This document shows, piece after piece, positions 1 to 10,930 of a stretch of DNA of 32,132 nucleotides. This DNA is from Trichomonas gallinae (lineage: Eukaryota). The position numbers and the translations under genes are program-made. The notes beneath the pieces were generated by a model. It was not told where the DNA came from, did not search any database, and saw nothing but the letters and a program-made list of their open reading frames with translations. Where the stretch lies: contig MRSU01007562.1 in the NCBI GenBank assembly GCA_008369845.1, positions 1-32,132 of the forward strand, given 5' to 3'. The first letter of the stretch is position 1. The number at the start of each line of letters is the position of its first letter.

Positions 1-260
1 ATCGAGAAAAACGCTGATTTCGATTAACCTTAAAAATGAAATTCTGAAGTTTACGAGTGGGCGTAACTGCACCCTTAAGAGATGAAAAATTACTTTTTGA
101 AAATCGATGCATTTGGTTGTATATTCTTCTATCTTATGATGTTATATTCTTTTGATTCAGAATGATTCGTTCATGATGTGAGAATCCTTCTAATACCTAA
201 AGATGTTGAATGAAGTAAAATTTTTGACAAAGGGCAAAAATTTTATATTATTTTTTTAGA

Positions 261-1853
261 ATGGAAAAACCAGATGAATATGATATTGATTCTATCAAAG
301 ATAAACATTCACACAACAAAAATGATAAGTCTGCTATAGATAATTTGAGCCCAGATGATTATCTTTTAAAATTGCAATCAAATGATCTTTTAGAAATTAG
401 AAAATCAATAGATTACTTCAATGAACATACAATATTTGTATCAGAAGAAGTGTTTAATGAACTTTGTAACGTTTTAATCAAAGAAAATATTCCGTCTGCA
501 TTAATATCACTGATTGGATCAATTGTAGTCAGATTCCCAGAATACTACTCGATAATTACATACAATGGAGTTCTTGTTCACATAATAGGATATATAGACA
601 TTGATTTAGAAGCTTTTCCGTTCTATTCTAAGCCTGATTTCGCTCAAGTTGCTATTAAATTTGCTGCTGATATATGTAAAATGGGTAATGAACAATTTAA
701 TGAGTTAATAGAACTTAATATTATCGAAAAGATTAAATTATTATTCCAAAGCATTGCATCAATTCCAGAGATGGATGATAACATTGCACACTTCATAAAA
801 ACCTTCCTGGAAGCATGCACAGAGTTGTTTTCTGTATTATTTTCATATAATTCTTTTGATACTGTTGAAATGGTTCATTTCATTAAAGGTGAATATGGTT
901 TCATTCAAAACATCGATCAAGGCATTGATCCAATAGAAACAATCGGAATTAAAAGATCTTTTTCAAGATTATTCGGATTTGCTTTACAAAACCTTGATCA
1001 ACAGAAAATGAACATCATAGCACTCAATGGACTCACAGGAATTCTTCATGAACTGTTTTTAATAGGATTTAATTATAATCAAACAAATCCAAGCGAAAAA
1101 CACTATGATATTGGCATTCTCAACAACTACCTCATTGCTCTTGTTAATTTGACGTCATCAAATGATAACCAAATCGCTGAAATTATTTTTAATGATAATT
1201 TTATTAATGAAATACTACAGCTATCTGATATCAATGATGAGATTTTGATATCTAAGATCATCTCCATTTATGTTAATCTTTCTTCTTCAAATTCCAGTGA
1301 TATCGAAGAAAAACTAACAAAATTGAATATTTGTCAGTTCTATGCTTCACTATTTGTTGGGGACTCTTCTTATGTTATTAAAGCAAGAGCTTTAAGAGGA
1401 CTTTGTTATATTAGTGATACATTTTCAGCAATTGACTTGATTAACAAGTATCCGATTATCCTAGAGAACTGCTATTTAATGATGCATGACTCAGACCATC
1501 TCATCATTGAAGAAGTTTTCGCATTTTTAAATAATTTAATTGTTGAGTTTCAAACAAGAGGAAGCCAAGAAATGTATGATTTTGTGAATGATTTAGTCGA
1601 AAATGACATCGAGAGCACTTTAGATGAAATCCGATCGAAAGATATCAATTTACCTGATAGTTTCATTGCTTTTGATACAGAAATCACTAGATATCTCAAA
1701 GATATGCGTTGTGAATCTGATTATGTTGATTCTCATCCAGCAGGAGAAATGAAAGAAGAATTTTTCGATTCTGATGGAGGAAATGAAATTGTTGATATGG
1801 GAACACCTGGTTATATCGAACCTCCACCTACAGAAGGCCAGGAAGAAGCTTAA
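261..1853 (+). CDS. Armadillo/HEAT-like alpha-solenoid protein (loosely importin-alpha-like), acidic C-terminal tail
   Basis: 530-aa ATG..TAA ORF. Leu/Ile-rich helical sequence with ARM-like segments (LIALVNLTSSNDNQIAEII; IISIYVNLSSSNSSDIEEKL; ALRGLCYIS; VFAFLNNLI) spaced about 42-45 aa apart. The CDS is well supported; the family call is tentative. Confidence 0.7.
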   Translation: MEKPDEYDIDSIKDKHSHNKNDKSAIDNLSPDDYLLKLQSNDLLEIRKSIDYFNEHTIFVSEEVFNELCNVLIKENIPSALISLIGSIVVRFPEYYSIITYNGVLVHIIGYIDIDLEAFPFYSKPDFAQVAIKFAADICKMGNEQFNELIELNIIEKIKLLFQSIASIPEMDDNIAHFIKTFLEACTELFSVLFSYNSFDTVEMVHFIKGEYGFIQNIDQGIDPIETIGIKRSFSRLFGFALQNLDQQKMNIIALNGLTGILHELFLIGFNYNQTNPSEKHYDIGILNNYLIALVNLTSSNDNQIAEIIFNDNFINEILQLSDINDEILISKIISIYVNLSSSNSSDIEEKLTKLNICQFYASLFVGDSSYVIKARALRGLCYISDTFSAIDLINKYPIILENCYLMMHDSDHLIIEEVFAFLNNLIVEFQTRGSQEMYDFVNDLVENDIESTLDEIRSKDINLPDSFIAFDTEITRYLKDMRCESDYVDSHPAGEMKEEFFDSDGGNEIVDMGTPGYIEPPPTEGQEEA

Positions 1854-2124
1854 TCAAAAATTCAAAATATCTCAAAAAAAAAAAAATGCTGATACTATGA
1901 AAATCTGGTCAGATCTATTACTATGCACAGATCTTTAAAGATTTTCCCAAAAAAAATCCGGTTTTTCTTAATGAATAAGATATTCAATGAAATAGGAACT
2001 TAAATAGATTGTTTGAAATAAAAAATATAAAATGTATGATGAAGTTAATAAAAATATAACTTTTTAAAAAAACGAGAAGGAAAAAAAAATAAAATAAAAT
2101 TTGATATCCATGATAATATATATC

Positions 2125-5100
2125 TCATCTCCTGCGCTTGCGAGAACGTCCACCTTGGTCATTCTCATCTTGTGTAGGCACTGGAGCTTGCATTTGATTT
2201 GCATTAAAGTTAAATTGTGGTTGTGGTTGCATTGGTTGCTGCATCTGCAACTGTGGAGCTCCAAACTGCTGCATCATTGGAGCGCCTTGTTGCATCTGAG
2301 GTGGCATCTGTTGCTGCATTGGCTGCTGCATCTGAGGTGGCATCGGTTGCTGCATCTGCATTTGTGGTGATCCGTAGTTAGGCTGCATGCCGAATCCATA
2401 TGGCATTCCGTATCCGAACTGGTTTGCCATCAACGGGTTGAACTGGGCTCCGTATGGATTGTAGCCGAATTGTGCGCCATATCCGAACTGAGCCTGGTAC
2501 TGCATCTGCATGTACTGTGTTGGATCTGCTGGATTCTGCATTCCGAATCCCATCTGTGGGGTACCAAACTGTTGCTGTTGCATTTGCATTGGTTGGCTGA
2601 AAGTTGCTTCAGGACCGAAAACAAACTTCTGTGGCTGTGGAGGAATTTGGCTATAAACTCCCTGGTTAGGTGCTGAAACCTGCTGTTGCTGAACCGGGAT
2701 CTGGTTCTGCATTGGCGGTTGTTGTTTCTGTCTACCAGAATGCTTCTGATCCTTGCGATGTGAGTCTGGTCTCTGGTGCATCTGTTGCGGTTGTTGCATT
2801 GGCATCTGCTGCGGTTGTTGCATTGGCATCTGCTGCGGTTGTTGCATTGGCATCTGCTGCGGTTGTTGCATTGGCATCTGCTGTGGTTGTTGCATTGGCA
2901 TCTGCTGCGGTTGTTGCATTGGCATCTGCTGTGGTTGCGGCAAAGGCATCTGCTGCAATTGTTGAGGTACAGCAAACTGCTGAGTTTGCATTGGGATCTG
3001 TTGCGAAACAGCGAACTGTTGAAGCTGCATTGGTAATTGTTGTTGTGATGCCTGAATTTGTTGCTGAACGAATGGAGGAATAATAAGCTGTGGAGATGGT
3101 GATGGTTGAGCATCGACAAGATCTTCATATTCCTCTTCAAACTCTTCTTCTTCTTGCTGTGGAACTGGTTGAGGAACAGGAATTGGTTCTGGCTCAGGAA
3201 CTGGTTCCGGTTGTTTAACTTCAGCTAGTTGACCAATTGGTTCTGGAACTGTCTGCGGAACAGGAATTGGTTCTGGTTCAGGTTCATAGACTGACTCTGG
3301 TTGTTCAACAATCTTTTCTTCCTTGACTTCAACAACTGGCTCTGGCTGAGACTCTGGCTCAGGAGTTGGTTCAGGTTCTTGTTTATGTGGCTCTGCGATT
3401 TGTTCCATTGATGGTCCGCGTGATAGATTCTCGAGATCTTCTTGAGTCAAGAACCTGAAGATTTTAGAGAACTCGAACTCTGAATCAACCATTGATCTGT
3501 CGACTAAACCCAAAGAAGATTCCAGTTTCATGAAGTTCTTCGGGAACTCGATTGAGTGTGGATAATATGGAGCAAACTTGCTGACTTCATGTGTTGAGAA
3601 CCATTTGTCGACATCACTGAAGTACTTGAACAATGTCTTGGAAATGTCAGGAAGTGGTACTGATCTGACTTTGTTCATGAAGACCATTGATGGGAATTGT
3701 TCAATGATTTCAGAGCATTTTTCGATGGCTTGTAATGCCGCTGTCATGTCTTTTCCGTCAAGAACTGGAACTTCGAGCGACTCAAACTTCAATGATGGAG
3801 CAGCAAACTTCGAGAAGATGAAGTCAACATCTTTGTAATCGCCTGGCTCAGACATCTTCAAGCTGAGGATGAACGGAATCTCAATATTGGCAACTGTCAA
3901 TGTTCCTTTGATCAATTTAGTTGATGACTGTATTTGATCCACTGAGACCATGAAAATGATCAAATCATCGACGATGTTGTAGTTGACGAGATCTTGGTCA
4001 TTCTTGTTCTCGCACTGAAGATTGATGTACAAATACTGGAAATCGCCAGTGATGTGGATATGGAAAGCGAATTTCTTGTATCTCTTGTTGTTTACTGCGT
4101 TCAAGAGAAGCGTGATAGTGTTAAAGTTCGCCTTAACATCATCCTGGTCGATTGTGATTGTCGGGACGAATTTCGTCTGGATCTTGAAGTCGTAATCATA
4201 GAAGATTGATGACTTCTGAACTTTAGGAACTTCGATGTTTGTCAGCAACTTGAAGCTGTCTTCGAATGACTGCATCTTCTTGGAATAAACATCTTTCTGC
4301 TGGATGAGTCCATTCAACGAATTTGCAATATCTTTGAACTTCTTGATAACCTTTTGAGTATTAACAAGTTCAACTATGTTGATGTCGAAGTTCTTGAACA
4401 TTTCGACAAATTCTTCTGGATGTCCTCTCTCCGAGTTCACCAAAACATTGATGAAATCATTGTACTTGATTGTGTTGATGACAACGTTTTCTTCTTTAGT
4501 TTCGTTGATGAGATTAATCAGCTGTGAATGGATTCTGTTGAATGTCTGTTCATCTGTCTTATTGATTTCTTTTGCAGCTCTTGCAACTTTGACTTTGAAA
4601 AGTTCTGGGTTGCAGTTTTCGAAGGAATAATGTGAGCGATCAATGCCAGGTGTGAACATCAAGAAGTATGGATCCTTTTGGAATGGATACTTGAAGTATT
4701 TTCCTGATTTGTTGTTGACGACTTTCAGCTGGCCTTTGTTCTGGAAAACTAATTCAATTTCATTGTAGTCTCCATATGCATCATTGATTTGCTGAACTTT
4801 CCTAAAGAATGCTTCTTTGTCGAAAGGAATCGAGTTTGTATCGTTTGTTGGCTTCATCATAACCTGAGGAAGAGTCTTCAATATCCTAAGAACGTGTGCA
4901 GAGTATTCTACCCATTTGACTTTGATCGTGTTGTTCTTCGTTGACTTCAAATCATCAGCAACTGCGCTAACGAATTCGGACTTTAATGATGTCATCTGCT
5001 TGTTCATGATTTCATCGATGCTTAATTGAATCTTGTTGATAGGTGAATCGGCGCTGTTTGCTTCTTCAGCGATGTATTCTCTCAACTTCTTCGAGAAATG

Positions 5101-8100
5101 CTCGAATTGGTCAGCAACGAAAGCTGAATCTGCGAACTCACGTTTATTGATATTATAAGTCTTGAAGACATCAGAGAAGTACCTGTTGGAGTAATTGGAG
5201 TAATTTTCACGCTCCGCCCAGTTGAATATGATAGAAAGAGAAGAGTTGATAACAGATCTATGCTTATATCCGCAGAAATTCATGATGAAGTATTTATTGA
5301 TTGTTGTCAAGCGCTTTCTGAGTTGAACTTCCAACTTCTGCAAGACTTCTCTTGCTATAATAGCTGTCATTGTTGCCTTGTCTGCAATTTTGTCGTTGAT
5401 CACTGAATTGATCTGGCTGTCGTCGAATCTGTTCTCTGCAAGAATATCTCTTAATATTGTTGGCTGATTTTCAACGTAATAAGTCAACAAGACGCGTTCT
5501 GTCTTTGGTGTGGGAAGAAAATTATAAAGCGTGCATTTCTCGAACTCGTTCGTATCTTTGATGTGCTTGTTAATCAAATTCTTAACAGATGGAGAATCGT
5601 TTTCGTTGAGATCTATTATATTCAATGAGTACATGAACCTGAAAACAATGTGGCCAACTGTCAATGACTCTGAATTTAACGAGTTAATGAAGCTCTGTAT
5701 TTCTGGATATTTCTGAAGCAAGATATAGATCATTGGGATCTTCTTGAATTCCTGGTTCTTTAAGTCTTTGATATCTCCGAAGTAGAACTTGTATTCGAAT
5801 GAGTTATCAGCATCATCACAGAACTGCCTCATTGTTTCGAACTCTGGTACTACTTTCTTAGCCATTAACTTCTTGACGTCTTTAGCGAAAGTCTGGAATG
5901 TCGTGAACTTCGATGGTTTGTACTTCCAGAATCCATTAACATCACTCAAGAACGGATAAATCTTCTGGCAAACCTCGAAGAAAGCCAAGAAGTTCTTCTT
6001 AGGAATCTGGATCTTCATTTCCATTGGGAATTTCTGGATGATTTCCTTCAGCATGTCAACGCTTTGCTGGTTCAGTGCCTTGAAAGGAACAGCCAAAGCA
6101 TTGAGTCTCCTGAAAACGTTGTTAGGAGAGAATAAGTCTGGATATTTGATAAGCTCTGCATACATAGAATCAGAGATGTCTTTCTCGAGGTCGTCGAGGA
6201 ACTGTTGTCTGTCGTTGTTCAAAAACTCTGTCATTTTGTCTTTGTAATCAGGATACAACTGAATGAAATCATAAATGGCGATGAAATTCAAAGACCTCGA
6301 CTCTTCTATGAGATTCATGATGTGTGAGTATTTGATGACAGGCAAAACCCAGCCGAAATCATCCTCTGTCTCCATGCCAGTAAAGCTAACTTCTGGAGGA
6401 GTAAGTTTTGTTTTGTTTCTGACTGTGTCGACGACATCTGAGAGTTTGGCGAGAACAACAGCTGGTGTGACTCCTGTCTGGCAGATCTTTGCGTCGAAGA
6501 AGTATTTGATGATCTCGTAGTTGTTCAACTTCGATTGAATGATATTCTGGAAGTAGCTTGGGCGCCTCTTGATTTCGACCCTCAAATCGAACTGGAATTT
6601 AGAGAATAAGCTGTTCTTGTCGGCATCAAGCTTCTTGAAATCAAAATCGGATAATGTTGCGTAATCATCCCATTCTTTGATTTCTTTAGGAACCTGATCG
6701 ATTTTTTCTCTGCCGTTAATTGCCAAGAACTCGTAGAATAATGTTATCCAGCGGATCCATGACTTCAGCACTTCCTCGTCTTTAGTAACTGCGATCGAAG
6801 TGAGTCGCAGTGCTTCATTAAAGACCGGTTGATTACGTCTATATTCATATTTGCAGATCGCGTAGATGAGCAAGTAGATGAATTCAATGCTTGTCTCATC
6901 TTTTGCTTTAGGAATCCTGGATTTGATGATTTCCATGAAATAATTGAAGTATTGTTGCGGTAAAGTGTTCAAATAAGGAAGAATCGAAAGACTCGACAAA
7001 CATTTAAGAATGATATATCCCATAGGAAATTCTCCCGTTGTGGAATTCATATTGATATAGTTCTTGGCAATTGTTTCAGGCATAGCTGCCAATATACAAT
7101 TTATAATTGAACATTTAAAGGAGTCTAAGTCATTTAGTGGTTTCAGTTTGGTGTTGTCATCGGCCAGTGGTTTGTATTTTAGTATCAATTCAACGGGGAA
7201 ATTTTTATCTTTCTCGAAAAGTTCGGTATGGTTAGCGTAGAACGAATCGAAATCTTCTGGAACAGTTATAGGAGTCATAATTGCACATCCATCCCATAAT
7301 GTCTTGACGATATTGAAAATTTCAGGAGGGAATTCAGCGAATGCGCCACCGAAATTGTTAATTTTCTTTATCATTGCATCTTTGTAGCAAAGCTGTGCCT
7401 CAGATGATAATTGTAAATAGTACTGTTTCTTTGCGTGAGCTAATGCGTAATCAATAAATTTTCTGTCCTTTGCATAAAACATGCAAATAATATGTTTGAC
7501 ATCCATTGGTGTGCGGTTCTTGAAACATGTATAAAGAGCAAGCAAATTTAATTTGAAAGCACTTTCGAATAAATATTGGTATTTGGAATATTCGCAAACG
7601 CATTCAATCCATTTGAACTCATTGGTAGTTGTTTTACTAAAATTGACTTTAAAGACCTGGTCGAAAGGAGTAGATTCGCATAATTGGAAGCTATAATAGC
7701 TGGCGTTGATTATGGCATCGTAGACCTCGACCGGAGTCTCTCCATCGAGGATTTTACGAAGCCAATTGGATGCGGTGTTCCATTGTTCTGATCTGAACAT
7801 CGTTTGTAATTGTCTGATTGCATTTTTACGCTTTTTACGTATCTTTTCTAAATTCTCACGAAGAAGTTTCTGGAAACTTGTGAAGTTGTAATAGTAGTCA
7901 TGCGGAGCGTAATATGAATCATTTTCGACGTAATCGAATTTGAAGTCGATCAATACTTTAATATGGTCCTCCCTAGTAATTAAATTAGCAACCTCATTCA
8001 AGCTATCCGTTTTGAATTTGTAGAAATATCTGTAAAGTATGAATATCCAGTTGAAGAATTTCTCGAGATCATCTTCTTTGACGGTAGCTAGACATTTAAT

Positions 8101-10386
8101 GATGTCATAAAGCTTGTTACTGATCTCATTTCTCACAACTGGTTGTGCACCGAGCATGCTCGTGATTGCGACGTACGGAAGTTCCTGGATGAAGTAAGTT
8201 CTTTGTTCGTACTCAAAATTGCTGCATTCTTTAACCCATTCTTCCATTTTTCGCATGATGATGTCTTTGCTGATAGGATTGAGGTTTCTTTTATTGATTT
8301 CGACTGTTGTTGGATTGCAAATCATTCTGTATATGAGAACTGTAAGAGTAATTTTGTCTTCGATCAGTCTTGTTTCGATGATATTTTGTGTTCTGAAGAA
8401 TTGATTGCGGAGATATTCGCCGATTGGATATAATACAGTGTCTTTATGGCAGAACGCTGAGACATCATCAAGTGGTAAATAGTTCGGTATCGGCTGGTCA
8501 AATTGTTCGCATATTTTCATGAAAAGCTTGAAACTTTTTGAATCTTTGTTCGAAACTTTTGCTGCAACATTGTTCGCGAAATCAGTGAACTTCATTCCAT
8601 CGTTTATCTCGATTTTATCAAAATCTGGGATTCCTTTCCTAATGAATCTGAAAGAATATGGAGCGATTCTCTTGAAATCTGTTAATGACTTTGGCGGGAA
8701 ATATAATTCGGAGTCCATGCCGTATCTATCCATCATGTAAAAGGCAAATGAAAACCATGAATCAGAAACTGATTTGAAATCGTTTCTAAGAGTATCAAAC
8801 TTCGCCATCCAGAATTGCGTGACCAGAAATTCAGGGGATGATATATGTTCTTCGTATAGTTTTTCTGTTATAAATTGTTCGAACTTATTGCATAGAGCTA
8901 ATTCGCCTTTGATCAGTAAATCTTCGGCATACTCTAAAAGCGAATTATAGATCTGGCATAGTTCATAGTATGCGCAAATCATGTTTGGCTTATCAGCTAC
9001 TGTCGTGTTGTTCGCACGTATTTCGTTGATCAATCTCATGCAAAACGAATATTTAACGAGTGGCTCGACCCATGCTATTCCTTTCAGCGGTGTTCTGTCA
9101 CTTCTGTTGTGTTCGTAGATCCTCGACATGTCGATTCTCGGGTGGTAGTTGATAAAGTTTTCACGAACTGATGCGAATCTTTTAAGGATGTTGTCGTTGA
9201 CCTCTCTAGTAATGATGTCTCTTTTCATGAAATATTTGATAATGTGATTGTTTTGTTGATGTTGAATTACAATCATTGAGAGAACGTTGTAGTAGTAGCG
9301 CTCTGTGCTTTCTAAAGTTTTCTTGAGTTTGTCCTGGAATGCTACAAAGTTTCCGCCAATAGATTTATCAGAAAGTTGATTAAAGTCCATCAGCAAGAAT
9401 CTCTCGAGAGCCATTTTGTCGGGCGTATATTTAATGAGATCATCAAGATTTCTCGTTTTGTAGTAATCCAGCTCATCTAAGAGATTCTTAGCAAAGTCGT
9501 ACCAGACTAATAGCTTCTCGCAGTTTCGTAAAACCATGTAGCGTGTGACTTTGAATATGTTAATTGATGTAAGCGAAAACATCTCCATAGGCGGATCATT
9601 ATTTGTGAACAGCGCCAGGCCGAAAACCATATCAAAGTTGTCCCCCCATGAGTCAAACTCTTGTATCGGATCAAATGGCGTGTATTGAGGAATTTTGGCA
9701 AAACTCGGATTTGTCTTTCTGATAATATCTACTAGAAAGTCGTATACTGTTTTGGCTGGTATTTCTTTTGCGTTGTCTCCAATCATTATTTCTTTTGACT
9801 TATATTTTAGTTTCACTAAATTTCCTTTATTTACGAACATATTTAGTGTTCTATCATCGCCTTTCATGTCATCTTTCGTATAAACTACTGGAAATATCAT
9901 TAAATTCGAAATTATGGTAAGAATTTTTCCCATGAATGTATGTTGCTTAAAAATATTATTGCGACGGTCTAGACACCTTAGTGACCACTTAAGATACCTT
10001 CCAATGGTCTGGCAAGTAGATAATTTATAAAAATTACGAATATCATGATAATATATTTTAAAAGCTTCAAATACCTTTGTTTGTTGGTATAGCTGTAAGT
10101 AACATCTCGCGACATTTCTATAGTTAGAGCTATCTGCTTGATTAAATAATCCAAATAATATATTTGCGTGCGTATATATTTGTTTCTTATTTTTCGGATT
10201 ATTTCGAGATAGACTAGCTATCTGTGATTTATACTTGTCTCGATCATATTGTTTAAGACTTATAAATTTAGGAAGGAAATATTCCGGAATCAGTAGATCT
10301 TCGTTTATATACAAATCGAGGTCCCTCTGGAGAGCCTCCACTGTTTCAGCGCCTCCCACTTCAGGTCGGTCACTGGGTCGGCCCAT
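2125..10386 (-). CDS. Giant hypothetical protein (2753 aa): internally repeated helical modules, PE-rich linker, Q/P/M/G/Y-rich low-complexity tail, basic C-terminus (GGRSRKRRR, NLS-like)
   Basis: Uninterrupted 8.26-kb ORF in AT-rich DNA, with GCACTTTTTAACA immediately before the ATG. No catalytic motif recognised. Confidence 0.9.
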   Translation of the reverse strand: MGRPSDRPEVGGAETVEALQRDLDLYINEDLLIPEYFLPKFISLKQYDRDKYKSQIASLSRNNPKNKKQIYTHANILFGLFNQADSSNYRNVARCYLQLYQQTKVFEAFKIYYHDIRNFYKLSTCQTIGRYLKWSLRCLDRRNNIFKQHTFMGKILTIISNLMIFPVVYTKDDMKGDDRTLNMFVNKGNLVKLKYKSKEIMIGDNAKEIPAKTVYDFLVDIIRKTNPSFAKIPQYTPFDPIQEFDSWGDNFDMVFGLALFTNNDPPMEMFSLTSINIFKVTRYMVLRNCEKLLVWYDFAKNLLDELDYYKTRNLDDLIKYTPDKMALERFLLMDFNQLSDKSIGGNFVAFQDKLKKTLESTERYYYNVLSMIVIQHQQNNHIIKYFMKRDIITREVNDNILKRFASVRENFINYHPRIDMSRIYEHNRSDRTPLKGIAWVEPLVKYSFCMRLINEIRANNTTVADKPNMICAYYELCQIYNSLLEYAEDLLIKGELALCNKFEQFITEKLYEEHISSPEFLVTQFWMAKFDTLRNDFKSVSDSWFSFAFYMMDRYGMDSELYFPPKSLTDFKRIAPYSFRFIRKGIPDFDKIEINDGMKFTDFANNVAAKVSNKDSKSFKLFMKICEQFDQPIPNYLPLDDVSAFCHKDTVLYPIGEYLRNQFFRTQNIIETRLIEDKITLTVLIYRMICNPTTVEINKRNLNPISKDIIMRKMEEWVKECSNFEYEQRTYFIQELPYVAITSMLGAQPVVRNEISNKLYDIIKCLATVKEDDLEKFFNWIFILYRYFYKFKTDSLNEVANLITREDHIKVLIDFKFDYVENDSYYAPHDYYYNFTSFQKLLRENLEKIRKKRKNAIRQLQTMFRSEQWNTASNWLRKILDGETPVEVYDAIINASYYSFQLCESTPFDQVFKVNFSKTTTNEFKWIECVCEYSKYQYLFESAFKLNLLALYTCFKNRTPMDVKHIICMFYAKDRKFIDYALAHAKKQYYLQLSSEAQLCYKDAMIKKINNFGGAFAEFPPEIFNIVKTLWDGCAIMTPITVPEDFDSFYANHTELFEKDKNFPVELILKYKPLADDNTKLKPLNDLDSFKCSIINCILAAMPETIAKNYINMNSTTGEFPMGYIILKCLSSLSILPYLNTLPQQYFNYFMEIIKSRIPKAKDETSIEFIYLLIYAICKYEYRRNQPVFNEALRLTSIAVTKDEEVLKSWIRWITLFYEFLAINGREKIDQVPKEIKEWDDYATLSDFDFKKLDADKNSLFSKFQFDLRVEIKRRPSYFQNIIQSKLNNYEIIKYFFDAKICQTGVTPAVVLAKLSDVVDTVRNKTKLTPPEVSFTGMETEDDFGWVLPVIKYSHIMNLIEESRSLNFIAIYDFIQLYPDYKDKMTEFLNNDRQQFLDDLEKDISDSMYAELIKYPDLFSPNNVFRRLNALAVPFKALNQQSVDMLKEIIQKFPMEMKIQIPKKNFLAFFEVCQKIYPFLSDVNGFWKYKPSKFTTFQTFAKDVKKLMAKKVVPEFETMRQFCDDADNSFEYKFYFGDIKDLKNQEFKKIPMIYILLQKYPEIQSFINSLNSESLTVGHIVFRFMYSLNIIDLNENDSPSVKNLINKHIKDTNEFEKCTLYNFLPTPKTERVLLTYYVENQPTILRDILAENRFDDSQINSVINDKIADKATMTAIIAREVLQKLEVQLRKRLTTINKYFIMNFCGYKHRSVINSSLSIIFNWAERENYSNYSNRYFSDVFKTYNINKREFADSAFVADQFEHFSKKLREYIAEEANSADSPINKIQLSIDEIMNKQMTSLKSEFVSAVADDLKSTKNNTIKVKWVEYSAHVLRILKTLPQVMMKPTNDTNSIPFDKEAFFRKVQQINDAYGDYNEIELVFQNKGQLKVVNNKSGKYFKYPFQKDPYFLMFTPGIDRSHYSFENCNPELFKVKVARAAKEINKTDEQTFNRIHSQLINLINETKEENVVINTIKYNDFINVLVNSERGHPEEFVEMFKNFDINIVELVNTQKVIKKFKDIANSLNGLIQQKDVYSKKMQSFEDSFKLLTNIEVPKVQKSSIFYDYDFKIQTKFVPTITIDQDDVKANFNTITLLLNAVNNKRYKKFAFHIHITGDFQYLYINLQCENKNDQDLVNYNIVDDLIIFMVSVDQIQSSTKLIKGTLTVANIEIPFILSLKMSEPGDYKDVDFIFSKFAAPSLKFESLEVPVLDGKDMTAALQAIEKCSEIIEQFPSMVFMNKVRSVPLPDISKTLFKYFSDVDKWFSTHEVSKFAPYYPHSIEFPKNFMKLESSLGLVDRSMVDSEFEFSKIFRFLTQEDLENLSRGPSMEQIAEPHKQEPEPTPEPESQPEPVVEVKEEKIVEQPESVYEPEPEPIPVPQTVPEPIGQLAEVKQPEPVPEPEPIPVPQPVPQQEEEEFEEEYEDLVDAQPSPSPQLIIPPFVQQQIQASQQQLPMQLQQFAVSQQIPMQTQQFAVPQQLQQMPLPQPQQMPMQQPQQMPMQQPQQMPMQQPQQMPMQQPQQMPMQQPQQMPMQQPQQMHQRPDSHRKDQKHSGRQKQQPPMQNQIPVQQQQVSAPNQGVYSQIPPQPQKFVFGPEATFSQPMQMQQQQFGTPQMGFGMQNPADPTQYMQMQYQAQFGYGAQFGYNPYGAQFNPLMANQFGYGMPYGFGMQPNYGSPQMQMQQPMPPQMQQPMQQQMPPQMQQGAPMMQQFGAPQLQMQQPMQPQPQFNFNANQMQAPVPTQDENDQGGRSRKRRR
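2778..2956 (-). repeat. Coding minisatellite, 24-bp unit (GCATCTGCTGCGGTTGTTGCATTG on + strand), about 7 copies, encoding (MPMQQPQQ)n
   Basis: Units start at 2778, 2802, 2826, 2850, 2874, 2898 and 2922, plus a partial at 2946. The first six are near-identical; the seventh is more diverged. Confidence 0.95.
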
Positions 10387-10930
10387 TGTTAAAAAGTGCC
10401 GGCAGTTTCACATCAAAATCATTTTCGTTTATTATTTATAAAACTATTGAGTCTAGCATTTTACCCTATTTTTTCTGATTATGGTCAACAAAAAGCACTA
10501 TATCAAAATATTGATGAATATCTCATAATAAAAGCGAATTCATCTAAAAAATATAGTTCAAATATCCTTATAACTTTCTTCTGGATTTTATCTATGAATA
10601 CAATAGCATTTAGCATTAAAAATATAAAATATCAATATTAAATCTCATTTTCGTTAGAGCATAATATAATAGAGTTCACTACTTAAATCTCTCAATTTCC
10701 TTCATTTATTTTGAATATTACTTTACTACATTATTGCAAATAATAAAAATGTTGATTGTAACACATTTTATCATTATGAATATCATCTATATGAGACAAA
10801 TATTTTATTTTACATCAAAACTTGTCTAAATCTCAAAATAATTTTGATCTTCAATATATTTTCCTAATTGTAAACTCTTATTACAAAAAATGTGATATGC
10901 CTAGTGCATGAATTTTAAAAATCGTAATAT

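Noticed and set aside
2670..3083. Plus-strand ORFs encoding (CCGCCIGI)n, (ALASAAVV)n and (LLHWHLLR)n that look like metallothionein or membrane peptides
   Set aside because: They are antisense readings of the 24-bp MPMQQPQQ minisatellite inside the 2753-aa gene; the stop-free repeat keeps several frames open.
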